Shown: positions 9,892 through 22,962 of the stretch, one piece after another | How the letters are laid out: each line of letters opens with the position of its first letter | Numbering within the stretch: the stretch's first letter is position 1 | The notes under the pieces: model-generated | Seen by the model: the letters and a program-made list of their open reading frames with translations, nothing else | Database searches by the model: none | Told to the model about the DNA's origin: nothing | Assembly: GCF_004010195.1 (NCBI RefSeq) | Contig: NC_057719.1 | Coordinates: forward strand, 75,842,064-75,890,170 | DNA length: 48,107 nucleotides | Reading direction: 5' to 3' | From: Chiloscyllium plagiosum | Lineage: Eukaryota | Translations under genes and position numbers: made by a program

Positions 9892-11235
9892 AGACCATAA
9901 GACCATAAGAAATAGGAACAGGAGTAGGCCAATCAGCCCATTGAACCTGCTCCATTCAAAGGACCACGACTGATCCGACATTCCTCACATCCACTTTCCT
10001 GCATTTTCACTGTAACCCTTGATTCCCCTACTGATCAAGAATCTATCCATCTCATCCTTAAATATAAAAGGACTCTGCCCCCACAACTCCCTGTGGCAAG
10101 TAGTCACAAAGACTCACAATGTGCTGAGAGAAGGAATTCCTCCATCTCAGTCTTAAATTGGTGTCCATTTATTCTGAGAATATGCCCTCTGGTCCTAAAC
10201 TCTCCCATGAGGGGAAACACTCTCTCAACATTTATAATGTCAAACCCGCTAAAAGTCTTGTTTGTTTCAATGAGATCACTTCTCATTGTTACAATCTGTT
10301 TCGCCTTTGTTCATAAGACAATCTCACCATACCGGGGTTCATCCTGGTAAACCTTCTTTGAACTGCCTTCAATAAAATAAGGAAAAGGACCAAAATGCTC
10401 ACAGTACTCCAGATGTGATCTCACCAGCACCTTGTACACTTGTAATAAGACTTCCCTACCCTTGTACTTCAACCCCCTTGTAATAAGGGCCAGCATTCAA
10501 TTGCCTGATTACCTGTTGCACCTGTGTGCTAGCTTTGTATTTCATGTAAAATGCCTCAAAAATTCCTTTCTTGTTGCAGCTTTCTGAAGTTTTTCTTCAT
10601 TTAAATAATACTGTTCTGTTGTTCTCCCTTCTAAAATGAACAAGTTCATATTTTGCCTCATTCCCGCCTCAGGCGACTGACTGTGTGGACTTTGCACGTT
10701 CTCCCCGTGTCTGCGTGGGTTTCCTCTGGGTGCTTCGGTTTCCTCCCACAGTCCAAAGATGTGCAAGTCAGGTGAATTGGCCATGCTAAATTGCCCGTAG
10801 TGTTAGGTAAGGGGTAAATGTAGGGGCATGGGTGGGTTGCGCTTCGGCGGGTCGGTGTGGACTTGTTGGGCCGAAGGGCCTGTTTCCACGCTGTAATGTA
10901 ATCTAATCTAATCCTCCATTTGCCAACATTCTGCTCACTTACTTAACCTATCAAATCCCTCTGTAGCTGTTTGTATTCCTCTTGCCGCCTGCCTTTCCAC
11001 CTATTTCAGTGTCATTCGCATATTTGGGTACATTCACTTCCTTCCCCCAAGCCATTAATGTATAACATGAACAAGTCCGGCCCCAGCACTGATCCCAGTG
11101 GAACCCCATTGGTCACAGGTTGCAAACCATTTCCCTGCCCATGAGCCAACTGTCTCTCCTTGCCAATTTACTACCTCCAAGAGCTAGCATGGGCTCTTAT
11201 CTTCTGACTTCATCTTTTGTGAGGTATCTTGTCGA
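9892..11235 (-). mobile_element. CR1 LINE 3' fragment, interrupted by an HE1-like SINE
   Basis: Minus-strand peptides YKVLVRSHLEYC and ERVFPLMGEFRTRGH; (AGACCATA)n tail at 9892. Confidence 0.85.
10657..10912 (+). mobile_element. HE1-like V-SINE, 5'-truncated, CpG-rich (young)
   Basis: V-domain core, tail GGTCGGTGTGGACTTGTTGGGCCGAAGGGCCTG and (TAATC)n end. Confidence 0.9.
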
Positions 11236-11249
11236 ACAGGGGAGGTCCT

Positions 11250-12797
11250 TTCAATGTATAGAAAGTGTAGGGAATTTCTGGTGAAAGAAATTAAGAAAGA
11301 AAAGAAATATATTTTGGCAGATGGGATTAAGGAAACCCCCATGCTTTTTTAGAAGTATATAAAGAGGTAGAGGATTATGAGGGAAAAAAAGTATTAAAAG
11401 TGATAATTTATGCGTGGATCCAGGGGTCATGGGTGGTGTCTTAAATGAATATTTCTCGTTAGCATTCACAGAGGAGAAACACATTGTAGCAGGAATTTTA
11501 ATTGGAATGGTGAGGTTCAAGAACATGTTAAGATTAATAAGGAGGAGTGATTAGATGTTTTATTGAGCGTAAAGATATCCCAAGCTGCTAGGGGAGGCAT
11601 GTTGAGGCCCTTGTGAATATATTTAATACTTTTGCTGGCCACAGGTGAAGTGCTAGATGATTTGAGGAGAGCAAATGTGGTTCCTTTATTGAAGAAGGGC
11701 AGCAGGAATAGGCCAGGTCATTACAGAACCTTGCTGTTTGTTATGGAAGTTAATGACTTGGACGTAAATGAAGAAGGTGTAACTAGTAGGTTTGCAGATG
11801 TCACAAAAGAATTGGTGGCATTGGTGGTAATGCGGAAGATGGTCTCAAGTTACAGTCTAGTATTGATCAGCTGGTAAATTGGGCAGAGCAATGATAGAAG
11901 AAATTTAATCCTGATAAGTGTGAAGTAATGTATTTAGGAGATCTAATACAGGAAGGATACACATGATGTATGGTAAGTCTCTAGGGGCTACTGAGGATCA
12001 AAGGGACCTTGGCGTATAAGTGCATAGGTCCCTGAAGGTTTGAGCACAGATAGACAAGAAGGCATATTAACTGGTGAAGAAGGCATATTAACCTGCCTTC
12101 ATTAACTGGGGTGTCGAACATAGTAGCAAGGATGTCTTGTTACAATGTTATAAAACATTGGTTAGACCACAAATGGAAAACTGTGTGTCATTCTGATCAT
12201 CACACAATCAAAAGGATCATCACACAATCAAATCATGCTTGCACTGGAGAGGGTGCAGATGAGATTCACCAGGATGCTGCCTGGGTGAAAAATCTCAGTT
12301 ATGAAGAGAGACTGGATAGAGACTGGGTCTGTCTTCCTTGGAGCAGAGGAGGTTGAAGGGAATCTGACTGACGTCTACAAAATTATGAGGCATAGGCATA
12401 GTAGATTGTGAGAAGCTCTTAGGGGAGAAAGTGAGGGCTGCAGATGCTGGAGATCAGAGCTGAAAATGTGTTGCTGGAAAAGCACAGCAGGTCAGGCAGC
12501 ATCCAAGGAACAGGGCTTATGCCCGAAACGTCGATTCAGCGTGTGAGAATCTCTTCCCCATGAGGGTATAAGTTTATCGTGAGGAATAAATGGTTTAGAG
12601 GAGATCTGAGAAAACAGATCTGAGAGTGTTGGAGGCAGGTACTCTCACAACATTTAAGACATATCTTGGTGAGGACTTAAAATGCCAGGCTATAGCAGGC
12701 TATGGATAGGTAGGTACAGATAAATGAGAGTACTGCAGATCAGTGTTTGTTGGTCAACAGAGACTTGGTGATGATGTATGCCTCTATGATTCTATGA
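11250..12797 (+). mobile_element. Degenerate, internally deleted CR1 ORF2 fragment
   Basis: ANVVPLLKKG...PGHYR, NDLD...SRFADVTK, LSYEERLDR; CTCTATGATTCTATGA tail. Confidence 0.85.
12421..12541. mobile_element. Short Penelope family A terminal-repeat insertion
   Basis: GGAGAAAGTGAGG...GCAGCATCCAAGG is followed by the inverted GGGCTTATGCCCGAAACGTCGATTC. TSD TGTGAGAA(G/T)CTCTT at 12407-12420 and 12542-12555. Confidence 0.85.
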
Positions 12798-13151
12798 GGT
12801 AAGGAAGGATAGGAAAGTAAGCAAGGTAAGTAGGTACCCAATAACTAGAAAGAGTATTACCTCGTTGATTAATCTGCTAATGAATGTGTCTCTGTGTACT
12901 AAAGGATTTAATGCCGGAATCTATTTGATTAGAAGTTAGACATCATAAACAGGCCATTACGCGACTGAGTATATTTCCATAGCCCTCAAGATACTCTTAA
13001 AGTCTAACATAAATAAACCTTAACACTAACCCACGGCAGCTTTTCATGTGCCATTCGAGACAAAATAAATCATTAACAATTAAGTCAGACCCCCTGAAAT
13101 GTATCTGGAGACATGCTTTAAATTTAATAGCTGTCACCCAGATTTTCTAAT

Positions 13152-13332
13152 AGAGTCATAGAGATGTACAGCATGGAAGCAGATCCTTCAGTCTAACTCG
13201 TCCATGCCAACCAGATATTCCAAATTAATCTATTCCCATTTGCCAGCACTTGGCCCATTATCCCTCTAAACCTTTCCTATTCATGTGCCCATCCAGATGC
13301 CTTTTAAATGATGTAATTGTACCAGTCTCCAG
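13152..13332 (-). mobile_element. CR1 3' terminal fragment
   Basis: AGAGTCATAGAGATGTACAGC is the reverse complement of the CR1 tail seen at 19240-19271. Confidence 0.85.
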
Positions 13333-13844
13333 TGTGATTGGGAAACCTGGCGGCAAGAAGCTGGAAGCTAGACAAGAAGCTAATTTCTCTTTATAGCACT
13401 CCATGTGAATCAGGAGGTGCAGAGTTGCACCTCTATCTTCTCAGATCCTCATGGAAGCCTCTAGCCTCTCTCTTGTTAATCATGCCATCTCTCTTTATCC
13501 CATGCTCTATGCATGTTTGACCACTCCACTGCTGAATCATGCATCTCTGGCTTCCTCTGTAAACCAGCAGTCTGTCCCAAAGCTTCCAGAATGGAAACTG
13601 CTGCTGCTGGCTTTCCTAGTCAGAAGCCAACCACCTAATGAACTTAGCTAGCTGCAGGGAGGGAAGGGGAAATGTATTAATTATAAGGAGGTCGAGTCAT
13701 TACATTTGGCAGGACCTTCACACCGCAGACCTTTCTGACCTTTCTTTTGCCCCAACTACATCCCAGAAGGACTGGAGTGGGTAACTAACAGTACAGGCAG
13801 AACCATTACTTTTGAGCCTCACCCTTTAACACAAGAACATCCAA

Positions 13845-14292
13845 GAAAAGAACAAAGAACATTACAGCACAGGAACAGGCCCTTTGACTCTCCAAGCCAC
13901 CACCGCCACGTTTTGCCTTTCCATTCTAAAACTCTTCAATTCCAGGATCCACATCCTTCTATTCCCTTCCTATTCATGTATTGATTCAGGTGCTTCTTGA
14001 ATGCTACTATTGTGTCATCATCAACTCTGGCAGCGTGTTCCAGGCACTCATCATCCTTAGTGTGAAAAACGTGCCTCACACATCTCTTTTAAACTTCCAC
14101 CCTCACACCTGACCCGTGTCCCCTAGTAATTGACTCCTCCATCCTGTGAAAAAGCCTCTACTTTCCACTCCATTCATGCCATGCACAGATTTTCTATCAG
14201 GTAGCCCCTCAAACTCCTGGAAAACAAACTCCTGTCTGTCCAACCTTTCTCCACAGATAAAATCCCCCATACCAGGCAACATCCTGGTAAAA
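13845..14292 (-). mobile_element. CR1 3' fragment, left part of an element split by the full-length CR1
   Basis: FTRMLPGM...ERLDR peptide; the element continues at 19273. Confidence 0.8.
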
Positions 14293-14903
14293 AGGTTTCT
14301 GGGTAATCCAAGATGGAAGATGGGAAAAAAATTGTATCTGTAAGAGCTGCTCCTTTTTTGAAGTATTTTAGGTGTTGGAGGTGATTTCTCCAAATTCCAG
14401 TAGCAGCAATTACTGTATTATACACTGTTGCATTGCTTTGGAACTTCGGGGAAAAAAGATTTAGACAACAGCACTTTTGAAAGTAGGAAGACAGACAACA
14501 GGCAGTGACCGCGTGGTCATTGAGGGAGGGAGAGAGAGAAAGAAACCTACACTGCTAACTGCACAGTTACTGCCTTTGCTGTTTGAGTTCATGTATCTCT
14601 GGACATCGAAGTGTGCCTAGGAAAACTTAAACAGAAAAATTCACAACTGATTTTGGAGGAGCCTGTGTGGGAGAGCTGACAGCACAGGAACAGATCAGTG
14701 CGCAGTTTTTGAGTGTAACCTTGTTGCAAGTCTACAATAATGAAGAGAATGGGTTCTTCCTTGATTATATGTTTTATTGAGATCTGTCTCTTGATTAAAT
14801 TTTAAAAATATAAACTATATGTACGAAGTTAGCCTGGAACAGTTTTTTTCAGAGCAATAAGATGGACCTATTTTTTGGGTCTGTAGATTGTGAAGGAGCA
14901 AAG

Positions 14904-15836
14904 ATGGCCTTTAGTAGAGTGATATGTTCTTCCTGTCAGATGTGGGAGTTTAGGGAGAGTTTCCATGTTACGGATGATTAGTTTGCAAGGAGTGTTTTTT
15001 GTTGTGAATCCTGTCAGATTGCATAGATCAGTTGCAGCACCAATTAGAGGCAATGAGGAAATTACAAGAACTAGTGGATGTGATAGATGGCAGTTATAGG
15101 AAGGGAGAAAAGCCGCAGATACAGTCAGGTAAATGGGTTACCGCCAGCAAAGGTAGGAGAGGGAGGCAGGTTATGCAGGAGTCACCTGTGGCTATCCCCA
15201 TTTCAAACAAGTATGCTGTTTTGGAAAATGTAGGGGGTGATGGACTCTCATGGGAACGTAGCATGAACAGCCATGTTTCTGGTATCGAGACTGGCTCAAA
15301 TGTAATGAGGGGTACGTCGGGTTCCAAGCGATCGATTATGATAGGGGACTCTCTAGTCCAAGGAACAGATAGACGTTTCTGTGGCCAGCAGCAAAAAATC
15401 AGAATGGTGTGTTGCCTCCCTGGTGCCAGGATCAAGGATGTCTCAGAGAGGGTACGGAATGTTTTCAAAAGGGAGAGAGACCAACAGGAGGTCATTGTAC
15501 ACATTGGAACCAATGACATAGGATGGAAAAGGATGAGGTTCTGAAGGAAGAATATAGAAAGTCAGGTAGGAATTTAAAAGGGAGGCCCTTGAGGGTAGTA
15601 ATATCTGGATTACCCCTGGTGCTATCAGCAAGTGAGGGGAGGAATATGAGGATAGAGCAGATGAATGTATGGCTGAGGAACTGGTGTATAGCAGAAGGGT
15701 TCAGATTTCTGGATCATTGAAATCTTTTCTGTGGTAGAACTGACCTGTACAAGAAGGACAGATTGCACCTGAATTGGAAGAGTCTAATATACTGGCTGGG
15801 AGATTTGCTACAGCTGCTTGGGAGGTTTTAAACTAG
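14904..15836 (+). pseudogene. CR1 ORF1: Cys zinc finger/leucine zipper plus SGNH esterase, frameshifted
   Basis: MAFSRVICSSCQMWE; IGDSLV, PGARIKDV, IVHIGTND and DRLHLN blocks. Confidence 0.88.
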
Positions 15837-15969
15837 TAAGATGGAGGGTTGGGACCCAGGGCTGTAGTGAGGAAAGAGATCAATCTGAGACTGGTACAGT
15901 TGGGAAAAGGGGTGAATCAAACAGTCAGGGCAGGAAGGAACAAGGCAGAGAACAAGATAGAACTGATAA

Positions 15970-18900
15970 ATGAAACTGCATTTACTTCAATGCAAGAGGC
16001 CTAACAGGAAAGGCAGATAAAAACAGGGCATGGTTAGGAACATGGGACTGGGATATCTTAGCAATTACAGAGATGTGGCTTAAGGATGGACAGGATTGCC
16101 AGTTTAATGTTCCAGGATACAAATGCTACAGGAAGGACAGAAAGTGTGGCAAGAGAGGAGGGGAAGTGGGGTTTTTCATAAGTGATAACAATACAGTTGT
16201 ACTGAGGGAGGATATTCATGGGAATACATCCAGTGAAGTTATATGGGCGGACCTGAGAAATAAGAAAGGGATGATCACCTTATTGGTATTGTATAATAGA
16301 CCCCCTAATAGTCAGAGGGAAATTGAGAAACAAACTTGTAAGGAGATCTCAGTTATCTGTAAGAATAATTGGGTGGTTTATGGTAGAGGATTTTAACTTC
16401 CAAACATAGACTGGGACTGCCACAGTGTTAAGGGTTTAGCTGGAGATGAATTTGTTAAGTGTGTACAAGAAAACTTTCTGATTCAGTATGTGGATGTACC
16501 TACTAGAGAAGGTGCAAAACTTGTCCTACTCTTGGGAAATAAGGCAGCGTGGGTAACTGAGGTATCGCTGGGGGAGCACTTTGGGGCCAGCGACTATAAC
16601 TCTGTTAGTTTTAAAAGAGTGATGGAAAAGGATAGACCAGATCTAAAAGTTAACATTCTAAATTGGAGAAAGGCCAATTTTGATGATATTCGGCAAGAAC
16701 TTTCGAAAGCTGATTGGGGGCGGATGTTCGAGGGTAAAGGGATGGCTGGAAAATGGGAAGCCTTCAAAACTGAAATAACGAGTCCAGAGACAGTATATTG
16801 CTGTTAGAGTAAAAGGCAAGGCTGGTAGGTGTAGACAATGTTGGATGACGAGAGAAATTGAGGGTTTGGTTAAGAAAACGAAGCAAGCATATGTCAGGTA
16901 TAGACAGGATAGATCGAGTGAATCCTTAGAAGAGTATAAAGGCAGTAGGAGTATACTTAAGAGTGAAATCAGGAGGGCAAAAAGGGGTCATGAGATAACT
17001 GTGGCAAATAGGGTTAAGGAGAATCCAAAAGGATATTATAAATACATTAAGGACAAGAAGGTAACTAGGGAGAGAATAGAACCCCTCAAAGATCAGCAAG
17101 GTGGCCTATGTGTGGGGGATATATTAAATGAGTATTTTATGTTTGTGTTTACTTTGGAGAAAGACATGGAAGACATAGAGTGTGGGGAAATAGATAGTGA
17201 CGTCTTGAAAAATGTCCATTTTACAATGTAGGAGGTGCTGAATGTCTTGAGACACATAAAAGTGGATAAATCCCCAGGACCTGATCAGGTCTACCCGAGA
17301 ACTTTGTGGGAAGCTAGAGAAGTGATTGCTGGGCAGAAGTGAGGTCTGCAGATGCTGGAGATCAGAGCTGAAAATGTGTTGCTGGAAAAGCACAGCAGAT
17401 CAGGCAGCATTCAGGGAACAGGAGAATCGACGTTTCGGGCATAAGCCCTTCTTCAGGAATGAGGAAAGTTTGTCCAGCAGGCTAAGATAAAAGGTAGGGA
17501 GGAGGGACTTGGGGGAGGGGCGTCGGAAATGAGATGACCTGGGGGGTGCAGTGAGAGAGGGACTCACTGAAATCTTTGTAGAGGGAGGAAGCGAGCTTCT
17601 TCAAGGAAGGCATCCTTGTAAGAGGATTCGCAGTAGGTTGAAATCTATTATTTAAGTCTACCTTTTATCTTAGCCTGCTGGACAAACTTTCCTCATTCCT
17701 GAAGAAGGTCTTATGCCCGAAACGTCGATTCTCCTGTTCCCTGGATGCTGCCTGATCTGCTGCGCTTTTCCAGCAACACATTTTCAGCAAGTGATTGCTG
17801 GGCCTCTTGCTGAGATATTTGTATCATTGGAGGTTGGCTAACATGGTACCACTGTTTAAGAAGGGTGATAAGGACAAGCCAGGGAATTATAGACCGACAG
17901 GTCTGACATCGGTGGTCAATTGTTGGAGGGAATCCTGAGGGACAGGATTTGCATGTATTTGGAAAGGCAAGGACTGATAAGGGATAGTCAGCATGGCTTT
18001 GTGCGTGGGAAATCATGTCTCACAAACTAGATTGAGTTTTTTGAAGAAATAACAAAGAAGATTGATGAGGGCAGAGCGGTAGACGTGACCTGTATCGACC
18101 TCAGTAAGATGTTAGACAAGGTTCCTCAATGTAGACTAGTTAGCAAGGTTAGATCTCATGGAACAGGGAGAATTCACCATTTGGATACAGAACTGGCTCA
18201 AAGGTAGAAGACAGAGGGTAGTGGTGGAGGGTGGCTTTTCAGACTGGAGGCCTGTGACCAGTGGAGTGCCACAAGGATCGGTGCTGGGTCCTCTACGTTT
18301 TGTCATTTATATAAATGATTTGGATGTAAGCGTAAGCGGTATAGTTAGTAATTTTGCATTATGACACCAAAATTGGAGGTGTAGTGGACAGCGAAGAGGG
18401 TTACCTCAGAGTACAACGGGATCTTGATCAGATGGGCTGAGGAGTGGCAGATGAAGTTTAATTTAGAGAAATGTGAGGTGCTGCGTTTTGGAAAAGAAAA
18501 TCAGAGCAGGATTTATACACTTAACAGTAAGGTCCTAGGGAGTGTTGCTGAACAAAGAGATCTTGGAGTGCAGGTTCATAGCTCCTTGAAAGTAGAGTCG
18601 CAGATAGATAGGATAGTGAAGAAGACGTTTGGTATGCTTTCCTTTATTGGTCAGAGTATTGAATAGAGGAGTTGGGAGGTCATGTTGCAGCTGTACAGGA
18701 TATTGGTTAGGCCATTGTTGGAATATTGCGTGCAAATCCAGTCTCCTTACCACCTGAAGGATATTGTGAAACTTGGAAGGGTTCAGAAAAGATTTACAAG
18801 GATGTTGCCAGGGTTGGAAGATTTGAGCTACAGGGAGATACTGAATAGACTGGAGCTGTTTTTCTTGGAGTGTCGGAGTCTGAAGGGTGACCTTATAGAG

Positions 18901-19184
18901 GTTTATAAACGCATGAGGGGCATGGATAGGATAAATAGACAAGGTCTTTTCCCTGGGGTGGGGTAATCCAGAACTAAAGGGCATCGGTTTAGGGTAAGAG
19001 GCGAAAGATATAAACGGGACCTAAGGGGCAACGTTTTCACACAGAGAGTGGTGCATGTATGGAATGAGCTGCCAGAGGAAGTGATGGAGGCTAGTACAAT
19101 TACAGCATTTAAAAGGCATCTTTTGGGTATATGAATAGGAAGGGTTTAGAGGGATATAGGCCAATTGCTGGCAAATGGCACTAG
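15970..19184 (+). pseudogene. CR1 ORF2: APE endonuclease plus reverse transcriptase, disrupted
   Basis: [55 protein letters not shown]. Multiple stops and frameshifts. Confidence 0.9.
17335..17788. mobile_element. Penelope family A fold-back insertion inside CR1 ORF2
   Basis: ~131-bp inverted arms at 17367-17497 and 17658-17788. Perfect TSD AAGTGATTGCTGGGC at 17320-17334 and 17789-17803. Hammerhead motifs on both strands. Confidence 0.9.
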
Positions 19185-19272
19185 ATTAGGTTAGAATATC
19201 TGGTCGGCATGGACAAGTTGGACAGAAGGGTCTGTTTCTGTGCTGTGCATCGCTATGACTCTTTGACTCTAT

Positions 19273-19705
19273 AAAACCTTTCTGTACCCTCTCCAAAGCA
19301 TCCACATTCTCTGGTTATGTTGTAACCAGAACTGTACGCAGTATTCCAAGTGTGGCCTAACTAAAGTTCTATAAAGCTGCAGCATAACTTGCCTGTCCTT
19401 GTACTCAATGCCCCTTCCAATGAAGGTAAGCATGCTATCTGCCTTTTTTACCTCCTTATCGACTTGTGACGCCACCTTCAGTGATTTGTGAATCTGCACA
19501 CTCAGATCCTTCTGCATATCAATATTCCTGAGGGTTCTGCCATCCACTGTATAATTTCCACCTGTAATTGACCTTCCAAAATGCACCACCTCACATTTGT
19601 CCGGATTAAACTCCATCTGCCAAATTTCTGCCCATGCCTTCAACTAGTCTACGTCCTGCCATATCCAGTGACAATCCTCCTCATTATCTGTAACTCCACC
19701 AACTG
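19273..19705 (-). mobile_element. CR1 fragment, right part of the element split at 14292
   Basis: WAEIWQMEFNPDKCEVVHFG...YRTLVRPHLEYCVQFW. Confidence 0.88.
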
Positions 19706-21494
19706 TATTATGAACCAGGTGGACCAACAGTACACTTTGAAGCTCAATCTCATATCGCTCAGCATATTGTGTGCATTTGAGTTACAATAGGATAGTTCAT
19801 TTCTTTAATGATCATGTACTGATCACCAAGTACTGATGAGGAATTTGCATCGCACCTCATTCTGTTTAAATGTGAATTCATTATTGTAAAAATTATAGGA
19901 GACATGCAATAAACACTTTTAATATTTATGCTATTTCCCAGTATCCTCATGTAATCAATTTATTCTTCAGCGAAGTAACAGCTCTTTTGTTGCCCTGTGC
20001 AAACTAATCGACTCTCATCTCTAATATATATTTTGTTCAGTGGGGCCTTCCCAATTTTACTGTACATTGAGAAATGCCTGTCACTCCCAGTTCAAACTTT
20101 GCTTGCATTCTGCAAAACATGCTTTCAGGATGACTGATGCATCAACGTTCATTGGGTTATTTTGCCTATCACCATACAATCAGTCAGATACCAACAAAGA
20201 GCTAGATAGTATAATTAGTCGATGAGCTTCCATTCATCACCATGATATCATTTCACTACTCAATTCGAAGTAGCAATCCATTGTTCAACGTACAAAATAA
20301 AAAGAATCACACATCCAGGAGCCCAGGCACTGCCAAGTTAAAGATTTATTTCATCCTGTTATGAACAGTTCTTTGAAGGAGAGATGTGCTTGAGCACTGA
20401 GAGGGCAATGAGAAGGTAATCATGATCATTTTGACCCTTCAAGGATACCAGTAAAACTGTCAGCAAATAGGCAGATACTGGAGTGTGCATCTGTACTTGA
20501 GATTTGATCTCAAATGTGAATTATTTTCCGTGTGACGTTTGACAAGCCCTCAGATGTACGTCAGACGATACAAAACAAAACATGACAGCCTACGAACATT
20601 GATGACGGAGTCAGCTAACCCCATTCCTGGCCTATTTCAGGATAGAGGAAATATGAGAAAATATCCATTTCATTAAAAGATCAAATCATCAGGATGTATC
20701 AGATATTCAAGCACAGTGATGTGCCAGACAAAGCAGGCTATTGACTTGATTTGTAATACGCTGTAAACTAGTTATTGATGATGCATAATGACACAAGAGA
20801 GAAGGGCAATGAGCCATTATGTTCCTGTGTAATGCACACCATGGCTTTTGCAGGTCGAAACGAATACCAATAATGGACAAAGTTGCAAACCAGAAATCAA
20901 TTTAGAACTGGTGTTAGAGAAAAACAATGCTGGATAACAGTAACAAACAGCTAATTATATTTACATAGCACTTTTAATGTAATAAAACAAGAATACATCC
21001 CAGCTTCAAAGGATAAAATACTGAGGCCTTCCTGATTGCCTTTAATAATTTCTTAAGGCCAGGCACCTTTTGCCTTAACTACTGACTTTTTGTTTACCAT
21101 TTTCTGAAGTTATAGTTCAAAGCAGATCCAGAGCTCACAAAATTCATACTGTCTCTCTCTCTTGCAATCTGGTATGCTAGTTGTGCATTAGATTTTCCTT
21201 TTTAACTCTTGCCCAGTGGGACACCTGTATCACAAGAGAAGAAGGTATTATTATTAACTGTGTGTAACACAGTAGTACACAAGGGGCACGTCTCACTAAC
21301 AGTGAAATTGGTATTCCAGCATTTATATTATGTCCTTAGTACAGTGAAATGTTCTCTTATACTTCACAAGACTATTATAACGGGCATTACACTAAACCAC
21401 ATTGAGCAGATAATTGTGCAGGTAGTTGAAACATTAGGTCTTAAAGGAAAAAAAATGTTAGAAAGGTGTAGAGATTTAGAAAGAGAATTCTGAA

Positions 21495-22060
21495 GGTAGT
21501 CAGCATGGCTTTGTGTGTGGGAAATCATGTTTCACAAATGTGATTGAGTTTTTTGAAGAGATGATCAAGGAGATCCATGAAGGCAGCGTGGTAAATGTTC
21601 TCTGCATGGACTTTAGCAAGGCCTTTGACAAGATTCCACATGGTAGACTGGGTTAGTAAGGTTAGATCACATCTGATCTGAGGAGAGCTAGCCAATTACA
21701 TACAAAATTGGCTTGACAGTAGGAGACAGAGGATGGTAGAAGAGGGCTGTTGTTCAGGTTGGAAGCCTGTGACCAGTGGGGTGCCACAAGGATTGGTGCA
21801 GGGTCCACATTGTTTGTCATTCATATTAACAATCTGGATGAGAATTTAGGAGACACGATTATTAAGTTTGTAGGTGACACCAAAATTGGTGGTATACTGG
21901 ACAGGGAAGAAGTTACTTACGAGTACAAAGGGATCTTGATCAATTGGGCCAATGGGCTGAGGAGTGGCAGATGGAGTTTAATTTAGATAAACGCAAGGTG
22001 CTGCATTTAGGTAAGACAAACCAGGGCAAGACTTGCGCAGTTAATGGTAGGGCCCTGAGA
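21495..22060 (+). mobile_element. CR1 RT fragment
   Basis: HGFVCGKSCFTN, DFSKAFDKIPH, KFVGDTKIGG, WQMEFNLDK. Confidence 0.88.
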
Positions 22061-22962
22061 ATTGGAGCTGACTGGGAGTCTGTTGGAATTGTCAAGTCTG
22101 GAAGCAATAAAGGCAAGGAAATTGGTCTAGATGGCAGATGAGCTAAGTTAAGAGTGCAAAATGAAAGGATTTGAAAAAGCTGAAGCCATAACAAGGTTAA
22201 TGACTTTAAAACTGACAAAGTGTTTTTACACTAACAGGTTAAGTTGCCTGCCAGAAATAACATTTAATGTGTTTCCAACTCCGTTATAGATATAAATTTA
22301 CCAGAAACCCATACTACCACACCGCACCCATAACATCAACCTCCTGGTTTTCCTCTGATTTGTGGCATGGAGCCATTCTTCTAACAGTATTTTCATTCTT
22401 CTGTCCTCCTGAAACAGATATTTTGTCCACAAGCTGATTAATTCAGTTTGGGCTACCCCTGTATTCAGTATGAATGAATTAAACACCACATTCCTTAGCA
22501 GTTTATCTTAGTGACACTGAAAAGGTGCTAATTGATCTTTGTTAGAGGAGCATGCGGGAGGGAAATGAATTGCCAAATTAAATCAGACATAGTGATGACT
22601 AACATAATAGAGAGGCATCTTAAAACCAGAGTCATCGATTAGTTCTTTCATTTGTTGAATGAAGTGGCAGGGAACAGATATTGTACGGAATGTGCACCAT
22701 TGAGAAAGGTGCCTGATGAACCCTAAACTCTACCTCAGATTTTGAATAATTACATCGGTCAGTTCTTATTATGTGTGCCTGGATGCAGAAGACACCTTCC
22801 TCATATGAAGGCAACAAATATCAGTTTTTGCACTGCCTGTAATAAGCCCATGGCTAGGATGGTAGATTAAAGGGAAGAGGCATTAACTCATGACATGCAG
22901 TTCTGTCCCACTTGGACTCGATGTGCAAGTTTTTGTTGCTATTAGGTCAGCAGTAAATAACA

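Larger units (their letters stand above)
14293..19271 (+). mobile_element. Apparently full-length CR1 (HER1-like) LINE, copy A, inactivated
   Basis: ~610 bp 5' UTR, ORF1, ORF2 and (CTATGACT)-type tail. Candidate TSD TAAAA at 14288-14292 and 19272-19276. Confidence 0.92.
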
